From Sminthopsis crassicaudata (Eukaryota): 64,000 nt of DNA. This document shows, one piece after another, positions 12,155-26,019 of the stretch. The translations under genes and the position numbers were made by a program. Location of the stretch: assembly GCF_048593235.1 (NCBI RefSeq), contig NC_133618.1, positions 494,469,675 to 494,533,674 on the forward strand. The letters are read 5' to 3'. A model generated the notes under the pieces. The model worked only from the letters and a program-made list of their open reading frames with translations, made no database searches and had not been told where the DNA came from. Numbering within the stretch: position 1 is the first letter of the stretch; each line of letters begins with the position of its first letter.

Positions 12155-13060
12155 ACACCTGTCAAGATTGGCTAAAATGACAGGGAAAGATAATGCACAA
12201 TGTTGGAGGGGATGTGGGAAAACAGGGACACTGATACATTGTTGGTGGAATTGTGAATACAGCCCAGCCATTCTGGAGAGCAATTTGGAACTATGCTCAA
12301 AAAGTTACCAAACTGTGCATACCCTTTGACCCAGCAGTGTTACTACTGGGCTTATATCCCAAAGAGATCTTAAAGAAGGGAAAGGGACCTCTATGTGCAA
12401 GAATGTTTGTGGCAGCCCTCTTTGTAGTGGCCAGAAACTGGAAACTGAGTGGATGCCCATTAATGGGAGAATGGCTGAATAAATTGTGGTATATGAATAT
12501 TATGGAATATTATTGTTCTGTAAGAAATGACCAGCAGGATGATTTCAGAAAAGCCTGGAGAGACTTACATGAACTGATGCTGAGTGAAATGAGCAGGACC
12601 AGGAGACCATTATATACTTCAACAACAATACTATATGATGATGTATTCTTATGGACATAGCTCTCTTCAACAATGAGATGAACCAAATCAGTTCCAATAG
12701 AGCAGTAATGAACTGAACCAGCTATGCCCAGGGAAAGAACTCTGGGAGATGACTATGAACCACTACATAGAATTCCCAATACTCCTATTTTTGTCCGCCT
12801 GCATTTTTTATTTCCTTCACAGGCTAATTGTACACCATTTCAAAGTCCGATTCTTTTTGTACAGCAAAACAACTGTTTGGATATGTATACATATATTGTT
12901 TTTAATTTATACTTTAACATATTGAACAGGTATTGGTCAACCTGCCATGGGGGTGGGAAGGAAAGGGAAAAATTGGAACAAAAGGTTTGGCAATTATCAA
13001 TAGTGTAAAATTACCCATGCATATATCTGGTAAATACAACCTATAACTTAAAAAAAAAAA
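12155..13060 (+). mobile_element. 5'-truncated LINE-1 (ORF2 C-terminus plus 3' UTR and A-tail)
   Basis: Translation CWRGCGKTGTLIHCWW...IPFDPAVLLLGLYPKE...WLNKLWYMNIMEYY is typical of the L1 ORF2 C-terminal zinc-knuckle region. Confidence 0.92.
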
Positions 13061-13799
13061 TCACTTTGACAGCTGAGTGGAGGATGGAGCAGAGCAAGGA
13101 AATGCTCAAGACCAGGAAATGAACCAGAAGACTATTGCAATAGTCTAGTGATGAAGTCTTGTACCAGGGTAATAAAGAAAAGAGAACATATATTGTGGAG
13201 GAAGAAATGATGAGACATGGCAACAAATCAAAACTCCTGTTTATTTGTACTTCCTTCTGTACTTCCCTCTGTTTTTTGCACATTCTTAAAAAAACCCCAA
13301 AGTAGAGACTCCAAAACTTTTCAAGAAACCCCAGTCCATCTGCTCTTGGAATGTAGTCTAGTACTCGACTATTTCAATTTAGGGATGTAACTATTAGGAA
13401 TGATGTGGCACAGCCTTGGAGAATAGGTGAAAGAAAGGGAGTTAGGCCCTATATTTTTATTTCACTAAGCTATCCCTACAAGGATGTCTGGGCAATCAAA
13501 AGTCTGGGCTATCTCACACCTGGACTCAAACAATAAGCACTTCTTAGTTTCATGAAAGAAGGAGATCATTGTTAGCCCCTATTACCAAACTTTCTACCAA
13601 TGTTGAACCCAATTTGATGACGTCATTTACCCTCCTCTGTTCTTTATTCTCTACTTACCAAATCCCTATAAATTTATCTGTTTGCTCCTTGTTCTTTACT
13701 ATCTTCCACTCTTGGAATTTAACCTGATTTAATTAGCATTACAATTATAACAAAACTCTGAGAATTATCAAAAAAAAAGTTGGAGATGGTCTAAGCATT

Positions 13800-15790
13800 C
13801 AAATTTTTTTGAGACAACTACACCACCAGCCTGAAATCCAAATATTTTGGGGTCTTCTCAACTCCAACTTGATTGGCCATTGCCTTGATAAATGTTCTTC
13901 AGTCTTTCAAACATGTTTTTCTTTGCAATGTTCTTATCCTTGTGTAGATTGTTCTCCTGGTCCTGTTCATTTCATTCTTCATCTGCTCATTCTACCCAGA
14001 ATTCTCTAAAATTCATCTCTTGTCATTTTTCATAACACAATATTTATATTCATATAACACAATTTATTGTCACACTCCTTAAGAGGCAAACTAAAACAAC
14101 TCCCTCCCTTAGATTCTAGTTTTTTGGGTTTTTTTTATTATTCTTCGAGATAAGGACATTTATTTTACATATATTCTTTCCCTTGTATTAATCTACCTTT
14201 CCATATATATATCTTCATTCCTGCATATTTCCCTGTTGGGTTTTATGTTTCTATACCAAATAGGTATGTATATGTATGTGTTGTGTGTGTTCAATCCTCC
14301 TTTGTTTCAGGTGAGGTGAGATTCATCTAGTGATCACTTTCCCCCATCCCTTCCTCCATGTTTATATATTCTTCTTATATAACTTCATAAGAAATCATAG
14401 AGCTCCTTCCAATTGCTCAAATACACTTTCTAGGTTTCTTCTTGATTCTTACTTTGTATTTCAAAGTTGCCATTCAGCTTTGGTTCTTTTCATCAGAAAT
14501 GTTTAAAACTCTTCTATTCCATCAAAGGATTATATTCAATTTTGCAAAAAGTTATTCTTGGTTGTAAACTGGTTTCTTGTGCTTTTAGAATAGCATATTC
14601 TACTTCCTCTTCTAGTTTTAAAAGTTGCCAGGTCCTATGTGATCCTTATCCATAGTAGAAGCTGCCAAGTTGTATCCTGTGTGACTACAATTTTTTAGTA
14701 CTTGAACTGCTTCTTTCTGGATGCATGTAGTATTTTTTTCTTTAATGTGAAAACTTTGGATTTTGGTTATGATATTCCTTCAACTTTTCTTTTTGGGGAT
14801 CCTTTCAAGAACTTTTCAGTGAATTTTATCTTTGCCCTTCTGGCAGTTTTTATTTATGCTTTTTGAAATAGGATAACTAGGTTGTTTTTTTTTTTTTAAA
14901 TAATGGGTTTTGGGGGAGTCTAAAGATTCTTAAATTATCCTTTACCTGTTTTCCAGATCAATTGTTTTCTTATGAGGTGTCTTTTTTTAATTTTTATTTT
15001 CACAAAGTTCCTATATTGTTTTAATACTACGTGCTATTTCAATTATGTATATTTATAGAGTGAATCTAGTTTTCAAAGATTCTATTTCTTAGACAAGATT
15101 TATCATTCTGTTCTAAGATATTTATTCTCCTAATTTTTTACTCCATAGCTTTCATTGCATTTTTAAAATCTCTTATTTCACTTCTGAATTTTCATGTAGT
15201 CTTATTTTTTTTCTTTTGAATTTCTGCTTACAGTTGTTGTAAAGGCACATTCTCTTTCTGAAAGATGTATGGCTTTTCAAATATGTTATATACTAATTGG
15301 TGTTTTCTTTCATCTACTCTCAGCTTTTAGTTCCTGAAACAGGGCTTTATGCCAGGGTTTAAGATCTGTCCCTTCTATAATTTGGTCTGCTTGGAGTTAT
15401 TTCAGGTCTCCTGAGTTATTCAGTACTTTCTTTGGCACCCCAGGACAGTTTTAGGGACCTTAGAGCCCCTGGGCCTGGACTAATCTCTGCAGCACCATAA
15501 TGGCTGACACAAAATTTGTTGGTACCATGTTAGTCACTATGTCATTTTCTGCTGCCACTTATTGAGGCTTCTAAGTCCCCTCTCTTCCCCTCCTCCCCCA
15601 AAATTGTATTATGAAAGCTCCTTGCTCTTGCTGCCTCTGGTTATACAGTCCTGAGAACATGTCTTGTCACTGGTCACATTCATTCTTTCTTCCCTGGTGA
15701 AACTTCTTTTCTTAGTACCAATTAGTCTCTGGTTCTAGAAGTGGAAAAAGTGATTGTATTTTGTCATTACATTTCTTGGTCACAATTCAG
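13800..15790 (-). mobile_element. Old LINE-1 fragments in reverse orientation
   Basis: T-rich, stop-riddled sequence whose reverse complement resembles A-rich L1 sequence. Boundaries approximate. Confidence 0.5.
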
Positions 15791-16943
15791 TCTGATGTGA
15801 ACTTTGGAGATTATTAGGCAACTATCTTGGCAGAAATATCCATAAATATTACTAAATATAAAGTTTATTACTATAATAGAGACAAAGAACACTTAACTGT
15901 TCCTTGACAAAAAGAAAGGAAGATTAATATCCTCAGAACAATCAAAAATATGTTTAAATTTACAAACATACTTTTGAAACAAACAGATCTCACTTCACAA
16001 GCCATTGTAAAGCCTATATACAAATTGTATAGCTTTATACCACTGAATTTGTCTCAATTAATCAAGTTTTATCTTCAGGTGTTGTCTATGATATAGATTA
16101 AGATTCAAGAGTGAAATTAAAAAGTATTCCACATAAATTGAATTAACATGTTAAAAGTATCAAATAAACAATTATCACATATACAGTTATGTTTATAAAA
16201 ATTGAGAGATTTATGATAGTCATTTAAGATCATGTCTGTAAAGCCTCATTACTTAGGACAGCATCCAGCATATGACAGGTATTTATTAAATGCTTATTTA
16301 TTGATTGAATACTCTTATTCACTTATAAAAAGCAGTAATTTTTTTACCCATTTGTGTGACAGCCTACAGTATATTAAATATACCCTAAAAATACCTGCAT
16401 AATGATTTATCCTTGGACTGTTTCTATCTAAACTTCATTGAAAAAGATGAAAATTAGATGACAACAATAACTAAGGTTGAATCATGAGGATTTATTTATA
16501 GAAATGGAGAAGTTTTTGATGTCAATTCAGGACCAGGTCATCTGTTCTAGAAATTACAGAACAATTATCTTTGAAGAGCTCAGAGTTAGTTAATAATGCA
16601 ATAACATATCATTTGCAGGCTGCAAAAATTTAGCATTTACCATAAACCTAGGTAGATAAGATGTAGTACTATTGTAGAGTTGTTTCAATTGTGTCCAATT
16701 CTTTGTAATTCTGTTTGGGGTTTTCTTAGCAAAGATACTGGAGTAGTTTGTCATTTTCTTCTTCAGCTTTTTTTTTTTTTTCTTACAGATGAACAAACTG
16801 AGGCAAACAGGGTTAGGTGACTCATCCAGGTTACACATCTGGTAAGTGTTTGAGACTTCATTTGAATTCAGGTCTTCCAGACTCCAAGCCTGGGTACTCT
16901 ATCCATTGTGCCACCTAGCTGGCTAGATATAGCAGCTAGACTT

Positions 16944-17383
16944 TGTAACGTGCTGTTGTCTCCAGAAGCTGCAGATCGCTCTCTGGGAGGAGATATGCTG
17001 TATCAACTCAAATCTCTCGGACAGATTCTTCTTCCTGTAGAGAGCCGTTGTCTCCAGACTGCCGTTAACTCTGGTCCAGAGAAGTGATTTCCCTTCCTGC
17101 AGAGAGCTGCCTCAAGTCTGGTCTAGAGCAGAGACTCCCTTTTCCTCCAGACCTGCCCTCTTTTATCCTCCCAGAGAATGGGCGTAGGATAATGCAAGGG
17201 CTTCTGGGAAAAATTACTTCAACCAATGAACTTGCTCCTCCTAAACATGCAAGCTCTTCCCCAGGAATTCACAAGTCAAACTCCCAGGAAAGGCCAGAAC
17301 TAGAAAATTGTTAAGTACCGACTTAGCACTTAGTAAAAACCTAATATCTTATTATCTCATTAACACTTAGTAAGAACCTAACA
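16944..17383 (-). mobile_element. Solo ERV LTR, same family as 166-571
   Basis: TG...CA termini, 6-bp TSD AGACTT (16938-16943 and 17384-17389), and long near-identical blocks shared with 166-571. Confidence 0.88.
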
Positions 17384-18726
17384 AGACTTAAATATCAGAA
17401 GCTTCCTATCTTCCAGAGACCAGTAGACAACAAATCCCTAGACAGCATTGCAAATACTAACCTCAAAATACACCAAAAAAAGCTCAAATGAATAAATTGT
17501 GTGGAAATTGGAGCATCATCACACACAACTGAATATAACACTAGATCCATAAAATATTAAGCATAACATTTTAATAGCTGTTGACATACAAAATCTCTAT
17601 GTTGTATGAAACAAAAAAACTTTCAAAACACAGAAAATTAGTTTTAAAAAATCAAAATCATGCTGCAACAGGATAAAAAAGTATATGTTCTTCTGTTTTC
17701 TACTGGAATTGTAAAAAAGGATGCTTTTTAGTGACCCTCCAGAAGACATGCTTACTATTTCTATTCCACTATAAAAAACAAGTATATCTATCTGTACAAC
17801 ATTATCTGTCTTCACAACATTAAGTTGAAAAGGCTAAAAATAGCAAGCAAGCAATTGTCATAGAGACATTTCTATCAGAATGCCACCAAATGAGATGAGT
17901 GAGATAACAATAATAGTGATTGACTTATATAGCATGTTCAAAGTGCTTTATATACATTATTCCATTTGATCCTCATAACAACTCTGTGAAGTATGTACCA
18001 CAGATATTATTCGCATTTTACAGATTAAAAAACTAATGCTTAGAGAATTTAAGCAACTTCTCTATACTCCTGCAACTGCCCCAGACAAGATTCAAAACTG
18101 GGTTTTCACCATCTCTAAGGCCAATGCACTTTTAATTACTCCATGATAACTCTCAGGAAAGGTAAACCACTAGTTTAGGAAGAAAGGGCTGGAGGGCACT
18201 TGCCTCATTGAAGCTTTGTGAAATATCACACCTAGGCCCTGCTCAGGACCTCAGCTTCCTGAGCAATCAGATGTTCTCAGAAATTACTCAGCAAGAAATA
18301 AGGTTGTCAGCAAAGCCTATGGCTCAGTGCCACTCCCTAATCAACTTTTATTTTTTTAATCTCTTTGGAAGAAATTAGGCTTGGGGCAGCTGCCGAATAA
18401 GCTCTTAAAGATAAAAAAAAAAAAAAAAAAGCCTCTTTATAGAAAGCACTTAATAGTATATTATTTTAGGGATTGTTTAATCTAAATCTCTCAATTCCAT
18501 AGATGGGGAAATTATCTAACAGTTCCAAGATGATCTTCAAGCAAACAATCATCAAGACTATCCTTTTAGGGAAATCCTCTAACATTAAACAGGGCTGTTA
18601 GTTAGACCACATGCCCCAGGTATGAAACCTCATAAAAGCTTCATCTCAGCAACAAACTTATCTGCACGTGTATAAGGAGACACCAAAATCCCACAAACGG
18701 CTTTTAGAGGTAACATGGATTCCCAC

Positions 18727-18866
18727 CCAGATTCTAAGGACTGTCCCTGAGTGATGACAGTCACAGCAAAACTTGCAATATTTCTGTAGGCCAGGACAAG
18801 TTACTTGGTGATGCAATATATGTGGCTGGGCTCTGGAATGATCTTGGGACAACCCCAGGCTCCTGC
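18727..18866 (-). pseudogene. Degenerate WAP-domain exon resembling WFDC3 domain 2
   Basis: ctcctgcag acceptor. CPKIIPEPSHIYCIT in one frame joins VTCPGLQKYCKFCC in another; the recalled human WFDC3 domain is [31 protein letters not shown]. Several Cys residues are lost. Lower boundary uncertain. Confidence 0.55.
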
Positions 18867-19639
18867 CTGCAGGAGAGTCACAGGTGGTAATATGACTGTT
18901 ACTAAGTTACAACAAAAAGAATGATAATAGCTACTGTAGACATCAATATACACATGCAAGATTAGGGGTAGACCTGAAGGAAGATTTTCCTGGGGAGTTG
19001 GCCCCAGTAACAAAAATAAGTCACATTTCTCTGATATTTTAACTATCCTCTAATATATATATATTATATATAATACATATATATAATATAAATTATATTT
19101 ATTTATAGATAAAGATATTGAAGTTCACTAAAAAAAAAAAAAAAAAGAAGTAGTTACTTGCCTGGAGACACAATCAATAAATGCCCGATTTAGAACTCCA
19201 ACTCATGTCTTCTGATTTTAAGATTCTTTTCATTATGCCCCACTTTCAAAAACCTAGAATTTGGATGGAGCTACAAACTCCTTCTTTAACTTAGTAGAAT
19301 CAACCAAAATAAGCATCCTGAAATAAATCAGGTAATAAGTCTCTGAGTGATTCTTTTCCTCCTAAAACTTGCTTCTTTGATCCTTTCTTCCAATTTTCAA
19401 CTTTGTCTTATGTTGAGACGAAGACAAGCCCCAAATGATGAGAATGATGTAGACACACCAAATGATGAGACTCAGGAGAGCAACTGGCACCAAATAACGG
19501 GATTCGGTAGCAATTCACATGTGAAGAACTTACAAGGCTTTCTCTTTGTCAAAAGGTACATTTATTTATGAGAAGAAGTTAGACAAAATAAAGAGGTAAA
19601 ATAAGCACCAGGAGAGGTAAATGTGAAATCGATTTGGGA

Positions 19640-20110
19640 AATTATATAGTTAGCAAGCAAAGAGGTTTTAACAATTAACAATAGAAAAGATAAGTTCCCC
19701 AGTGGAACTCACAATTAACCAGGAGAAAAGGGAATAGGCCATCATAAGGTGGGAATATGCTATTGATTGGCAGGCTAAATCCATAGAGGAGTTTAGTACT
19801 CTAAAAGAGTTAGTTAAGCTCTAAAAAGGAGAAGGGTTAAGGAGAAAGAAACCGTAAGGCATGGGAGAAGAGAGAATGGGGTCACACCATGAGGCAGAAT
19901 GCTTTGGTGGGTGAACCCAAAGGGAATTCAGCAAAAATGGCACAGGCCATGGACAGATTTATAGGGGAAATGTAACCTCTGGGGTTTAACACATAACTTG
20001 GCTTTCTGGTTGGATACAATAAGGTGGGGTTACCTAAGAATTCCACAAGGGTGAGACTATAAGACTGAGTTGATTCCCATCAGTGTCCCCTGCTTGCCTC
20101 TGAGAGTAAC
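19640..20110. mobile_element. Old LTR-like interspersed repeat; related partial copies at about 22110-22535 and 24450-24640
   Basis: Shared blocks gcaag(c/g)aaagaggttttaacaattaacaat and cagattta...ataacttggctttctg(g/a)ttggataca. Confidence 0.55.
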
Positions 20111-20971
20111 TTTCTCAATACTTAGGCTTTTTCAGCCAATCCCATCTAGTTGCTCAGGATTTTATCACTTATCCATTAGATTCTTCCCTCTTATTTACAA
20201 ATATGCCCAGATCTTCATCATCCTAAAAAAAAAAAAAAAAAAAAACCTTTCACTTGACCGTATCTGCTTGACCTTTATCATTGCTTCCTTTGACATCTCA
20301 ACTTTAGGAAAAGCTATGATTTTTGCCTCCATTTTCTTATCTCCTATTTAATTCTGAACTCCCCCAATATGACTCAAGCTCCCACTACTCAACTGAAACT
20401 GTTCTTTCCAAGATCAACAATAATCTATTGCTAAATACAAGAGTCTTTTCTCAGTTTACATCTTTCATGACCTCTCTACAGTAGGTATCTCCATCCAATA
20501 TCCTCTCCTTCCTGGGTTGTCCTGACATTGTTTCATCATGGTTCCTACCTGACTACATCTTCTCAATCTCCTTCAAAGGAAGAACATTCATGTTCTACCT
20601 CATGTCTATGAGCCCAAGAACCTCTCATATTCTTTCTCTGTGTGTCTCTCTACTTCCATTGATATCAATTATCTTTTGAAGATGACTCCCAAAGCTATCC
20701 ACTTAGTTACCACCTCTCTTAGATCAAATTTCTTATCTCTAATTGCCTGCTGGGCATCTCCATTTAGTAATCATTTTGTTAGCATCTCAAACTCAACATG
20801 TCCAAAACTGTATTCCTTATCTGTCCCCTTGGTTTTCTTCAAGTTTATTTCAAGTTGTTTCTGAGACCATCTCCAACTTATACTGCTTGTTTGTGTATCT
20901 CTTATTTGTACATAGTTGTGCATATGTTGTCTCCCCCATTACACTGTGAGTCCTTAAGAACAGGGACTGTT

Positions 20972-21646
20972 TGCCCTCTTTGTAGTGGCCAGAAACTGGA
21001 AACTGAGTGGATGCCCATCAATTGGAGAATGGCTGAATAAACTGTGGTACATGCATATTATGGAATATTATTGTTCTGTAAGAAATGACCAGCAGGATGA
21101 TTTCAGAAAGGCCTGGAGATACTTACATGAACTGATACTGAGTGAAATGAGCAGGACCAGGAGATCATTATATACTTCAACAACAATACTATATGATGAT
21201 GTATTCTTATGGACATGACTCTCTTCAACAATGAGATGAACCAAATCAGTTCCAATAGAGCAGTAATGAACTGAACCAGCTATGCCCAGGGAAAGAACTC
21301 TGGAAGATGACTATGAACCATTACATAGAATTCCCAATACTCCTATTTTTGTCCGCCTGCATTTTTGATTTCCTTCATAGGCTAATTGTACACTATTTCA
21401 AAGCCTGATTCTTTTTGTACAACAAAATAACTGTATGGACAAGTATACATATATGATATTTAACTTATACTTTAACATATTTAACATGTATTGGTCAACC
21501 TGCCATCAGGGGAAAGGGTGGGGGAGAAAGAGGGGAAAAATTGGAACAAAAGGTTTTGCAATTGTCAATGCTGAAAAATTACCCATGCATATATCTTGTA
21601 AATAAAAAGCCATAATAAAAACAAAACAAAACAAACAAAAAAAAAA
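20972..21646 (+). mobile_element. 5'-truncated LINE-1 3' end
   Basis: Near-identical to about 12415-13050. A-rich tail and a 16-bp TSD aagaacaggg(a/g)ctgtt (20956-20971 and 21647-21662). Confidence 0.92.
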
Positions 21647-22317
21647 AAGAACAGGGGCTGTTCAAAAAATGTATGCATGGTCCTGGTGACACATAGTGAA
21701 GTGATTCAGGATTTATGATGGAGCCAGCCAGGTGCATCTAGAGAAAGGACTATGGGGACTGAGTGTGAATCACAACATAGTATTTTTGCATTTTTGTTGT
21801 TTGCTTACATTTTTTTTCTTTTGATCTGATTTTTCTTGTGCAGCATAATTGTGGAAATATGTATAAAAGAACTGCGCATGTTTAACATATATTGGGATTA
21901 CTTGCTGTCTAAGAGAGGGGTGGGAGGAAGGAAGGGAGAAAAAATTTAGAGCAAGGTTTTGCAAGGGTGAATGTTGAAAACTGCGTATATTTTGAAAATA
22001 AAAAGCTAAAAAATGGTTTAAAGATGAAAAATCAAAAATAAAATAAAATACATGACAAGAAAAAATTAAAAAAGAAAAAAGAACAGGAGAATAGAAAGAA
22101 TATTATAATTAGCAAGGAAAGAGGTTTTAACAATTAACAATGGAAAAGGCAAGTTCCTCACAATTAAGAAGGAGAAAGGGAATATGCTACAAAGTGGGAC
22201 TATACCATTGACAGGCAGACTAAATCCACAGAAGGGATTAGCAAAGGAAGGCTAACTGACTAGGAGGCTAACCCTAAAAGAGATTTAAGTACCTTAAAAG
22301 AATTCACTATATGGAGC

Positions 22318-22455
22318 CTCTAGGTGGCACAGAAAATAGAGCACAAGCCTTGAAATCAGGAGGACCTGAGTTCAAATTTGACTTCAGACACTTAATACTT
22401 CCTAGTTGTGTGACCCTAGGCAAGTCACCTAACCAATTGTCTCAGGGAAAAAAAA
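22318..22455 (+). mobile_element. Marsupial SINE (WSINE1-like)
   Basis: ctaggtggcacag...ggaggacctgagttcaaat...gcaagtcac followed by an A-tail. Confidence 0.8.
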
Positions 22456-23563
22456 GAAGATACAATGAAGTAGAATACCATAGTGGGCTAAAAAGAGATT
22501 TTGGCAAAAATTTGCATAGGCCAGGGCAGATTTATCCCTTTATCAATACTCAATTTGTGCTAACTTACATGATTTTAAGGCCCTATGGTTTGAGGGCATT
22601 TTTTTTTTCCTTACTGTTTTTGTTTTAACCTTCTCAGATCTGCAAGAAACTAAAAGAGCCAAACCATTATTCCTCTTAATTTTTAAAACATATTTATTAA
22701 ATAAACATTTAAATCATTAAAAGTTGAATTGCTGTCTTTTACTGGGCATTTTTTCCTCCAAAATTGAATTATCCTCTAAAAAAAAGAAAAATAATTTTAA
22801 AAAATCAACAAATATAGTTTTTATGTCTGACAAATACAACATTCCACCCTGACAGCCCCCACCCTACAGGGCTCCATAGACAGGCAAGAGCCAAGTATCC
22901 TTCACCTTCTGATCCTCAGGCCCATTAGTTATCTTTCAGGTACTCAAAGAGAGTTCAGCTTCCTTTTAGTCATCTCATTTACATTTTATAAAAGTATATA
23001 TTAAGTACCTGTGATGAGGTTAGTGGCAGTCAGAGTTAAAATAACAGGTTTTTTCATGAAAAAATTCATGAAACTCTGAATTATTAATTGGCAAGAATGA
23101 AAGTTTATTGTTGGAAAGAAAGCAAGTTTTGCTGAGACTGACTTCTTTAGTGGCAAAGTCCTCTTAGGGAAATGGAGTCTGGCACTGAGAAGAGAATGCC
23201 TTCTCAGTGGGCAGAGGGTCCCAGCAGCTGAGCAAGCTACTTTAGGCCTTCTACAAGTAGTGAGTTTAAGGAAACCTATTATATGGGTAGCTCCTGGTAG
23301 GGGGTTGAGACAACTTAAGCTGATCAGACCAGGATTTCTCAATTGAATGAGAATTAAAATTTCAAAAAGATAAATGGGAGTTGATTTGTCCTTGAATAGT
23401 GTTGCTTCTCTCATCCTGGGAGGATGGGCCCTCTCTCTAGACTCCTTAGAGCCTGGGAGATCCTGATCTCTCAAATCAAAAAGGGGACACAATTTAATTT
23501 TAAAGGGAACAGTTTCTCTCCCCCTTCACCTGCTATTAAGTAATATTGTCAGGCAATAATACC

Positions 23564-23594
<31 letters not shown>

Positions 23595-24015
23595 TTTTTA
23601 ACTCAAGAAGTTACATTCTATTCAAAGAAAATACATATCCATAAAAATAAATACCAAAAACATGTATACATGCATTATACACATATGGAGGAGGGAAGGA
23701 GAGAGACCAGGAAGACCAAAACCACCAGAGTGAATCAAGTAAAGTTCAACTGCTGTAGGAAATAGCACTCTATCTGGAAGAAAACTGGGAATTGATCATA
23801 AATTTGGGCTATGATAATCTGTGGCAGGAAATGGTGGTGGAATGTTGGGAGCACAGTCTTCTCTACCTGCCACAACCTTAACCTGCTCCAAGGACATACT
23901 TACTATACACAACTTCCAAACTCATCCACCTCCATTGAAACCAGGAAGATACTGACCAGAATCAAATCCCCAGTACAGAAGAATGTTCATTGACCGGACA
24001 ACAGGAATTCAGGAG

Positions 24016-24168
24016 GTTTTTTGTTTGTTTGTTTTTTCCTGAGACTGGGGTTAAGTGACTTGCCCAGGGTCACACAGCTAGGAAGTGTTAAGTGTCTGAG
24101 ACCAGATTTGAACTCGGGTCCTCCTGAATTCAAGGCTGGTGCTCTATCCACTGCCACTTAGCTGCCCC
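24016..24168 (-). mobile_element. Marsupial SINE (WSINE1-like)
   Basis: Reverse-complement SINE with TSD aattcaggag (24006-24015 and 24169-24178). Confidence 0.9.
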
Positions 24169-25574
24169 AATTCAGGAGTTCTTGACCTTGACCTTGACAG
24201 TGGCTGGGCCAGACTCATGTCCATGTTCAGGAAGGCAAGGCTGGCTAGGCCCCACCAGGACATCAAGTCTAAGTCATCCAAGATCTCGTTTTCTCTACAA
24301 TATGGCAGAAGGTGGAATAGAAGGGGTAGAAGACGGCTGAGGATGGAGTTGGAGGAGTTTCTGGGGGTTCTTGCCTCTCAGGGTAGGTGTAAAGGACATA
24401 ATGGGGAAAGAAAAACTGGACAGAAACAGAAGCAGAGCAAAAAAACCCTCATGGGCAGATTTACAAAGGAAATTTAACCTCATGGTTTGATATAATAACT
24501 TGGCTTTCTGATTGGATACAGTATTATGGGGTTTCCAAAGAGCTCCATAGGGGTGGCACTATAAGGAAACTCCACTTGAACAAAAGGCTTACTTAGGCCT
24601 GAGATGGCCCTGTCTGTGCCCTTCCCTACTTGCCTCGGGAATATTACAATTTTATTAGTACTTCAGCTTTTCTCTGCTAACTGGACTAGGATCTCCACCT
24701 ATCCTCTCAACTAGTCCTAGACTATTGTCCCATCTTCCTAATTGGCATCCCTTTATCTAGTCTTTGCCCTCTCCTAGCTTTACATAACTATCAAAACAAT
24801 ATTCCTTAAATCACACATCTGATCATGTTATTCCCCTGCTCAAGAAACTAGTTTCTCCCCATTGCTTGTAGCATAAAACATAAATTAGGCATTTATAGCC
24901 TTTCCTACTAAAATATCCATATATTTTGACCCAGAACTTCACTTTGAAGTGGCAACAGACAATCACAATGTCACAAAACTTGGGTTTCATCACAAGAGAA
25001 ATTAATATGCATGTAGAACTCAAAGAGTTCACAATCAGTATGGAAATCTGCATTTTTACAATAGCAGGACAAAGCAAAGAGGAGATGTCCAAAATCTCTA
25101 CCTAGAGAGGCATGGCTTAGGAGGGGGAAAAAGGTGTAGTAAAGGTAGGGAAAGGATAGAACCCTTCCCAAAGGAAAGGAGCAGGTAAAAACAAAAACTA
25201 GCATTCTTTTCCCTGGGAACTGCTGGACTATAAAGATGGGATGGTCTGCTCATCTACAAGGGCCTCAACTGCACAAGCAATTTCTCAGTCTAGTGTAGAT
25301 TGAATGGCACCAAGACACAAGGGAGCCCAGCTTGGGATGCAAACAAAAAATTATGCCATCTAGGGTGGGGGGTGCTTCAACTTGATATATTTGGGGCCTC
25401 CCCTATAGTTTTAGTCCTGTGTTTCTGGAAAATATGACATTTCAAAAAAATAAGTTCAGGGGATCCCTTAAACAGTCTCTGAGAACAAAAGATGAACAAG
25501 CTATGTGCCAGCCCCAGCACTCCTGCTGGGACAAAGTACAAACAAAAACGGTCCTTACTTTTAAGGAACATAGT

Positions 25575-25795
25575 CTATGCCGGGCCTCTTAACCTTTTCC
25601 ACTCACAACCTCTTTTTGCTCAAGAAATTTTTACCGAAACTAAAAAGAAAATGTGAGGATCCTGGATATGCGGGTATTATAAAGTAAATATACAAATCAA
25701 GCATTCATGATACCATAATTCATGATCCTACATTCAGTTACGGGCCCCCCACGGGACGAAAACTACCGCTTAACAAGCTGGGCTCTGTACTACGG
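25575..25795. mobile_element. Possible non-autonomous DNA transposon remnant (hAT/MER-like)
   Basis: Imperfect inverted ends gccgggcctcttaacc / gcttaacaagctgggc around an AT-rich core. Confidence 0.35.
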
Positions 25796-26019
25796 GGAGG
25801 GGATGTTAGGTGGTCCAGGTCAAACCACGGAGCCCGGAGTGTTGTAAATTCCCTTCGTGTGTAGTCTGAAAAATAAAAAGCAATTATAAACATTTTTAAT
25901 AAAATATGTATTTAGTGGCCGGTCCACAGATCACTATTGTCTTGAACAGATCTTTATGCCTCCAAAGCTCTTCTCTTTTATCCCTTAGCTTCAATTCGGA
26001 GAGGAAACGAGGCCGCGGA

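Noticed and set aside
17700-17820. C-x8-C spacing suggestive of a Kunitz (SPINT-like) exon
   Set aside because: Lacks the conserved Pro/Gly, F-x-Y-x-G-C and N-x-F motifs.
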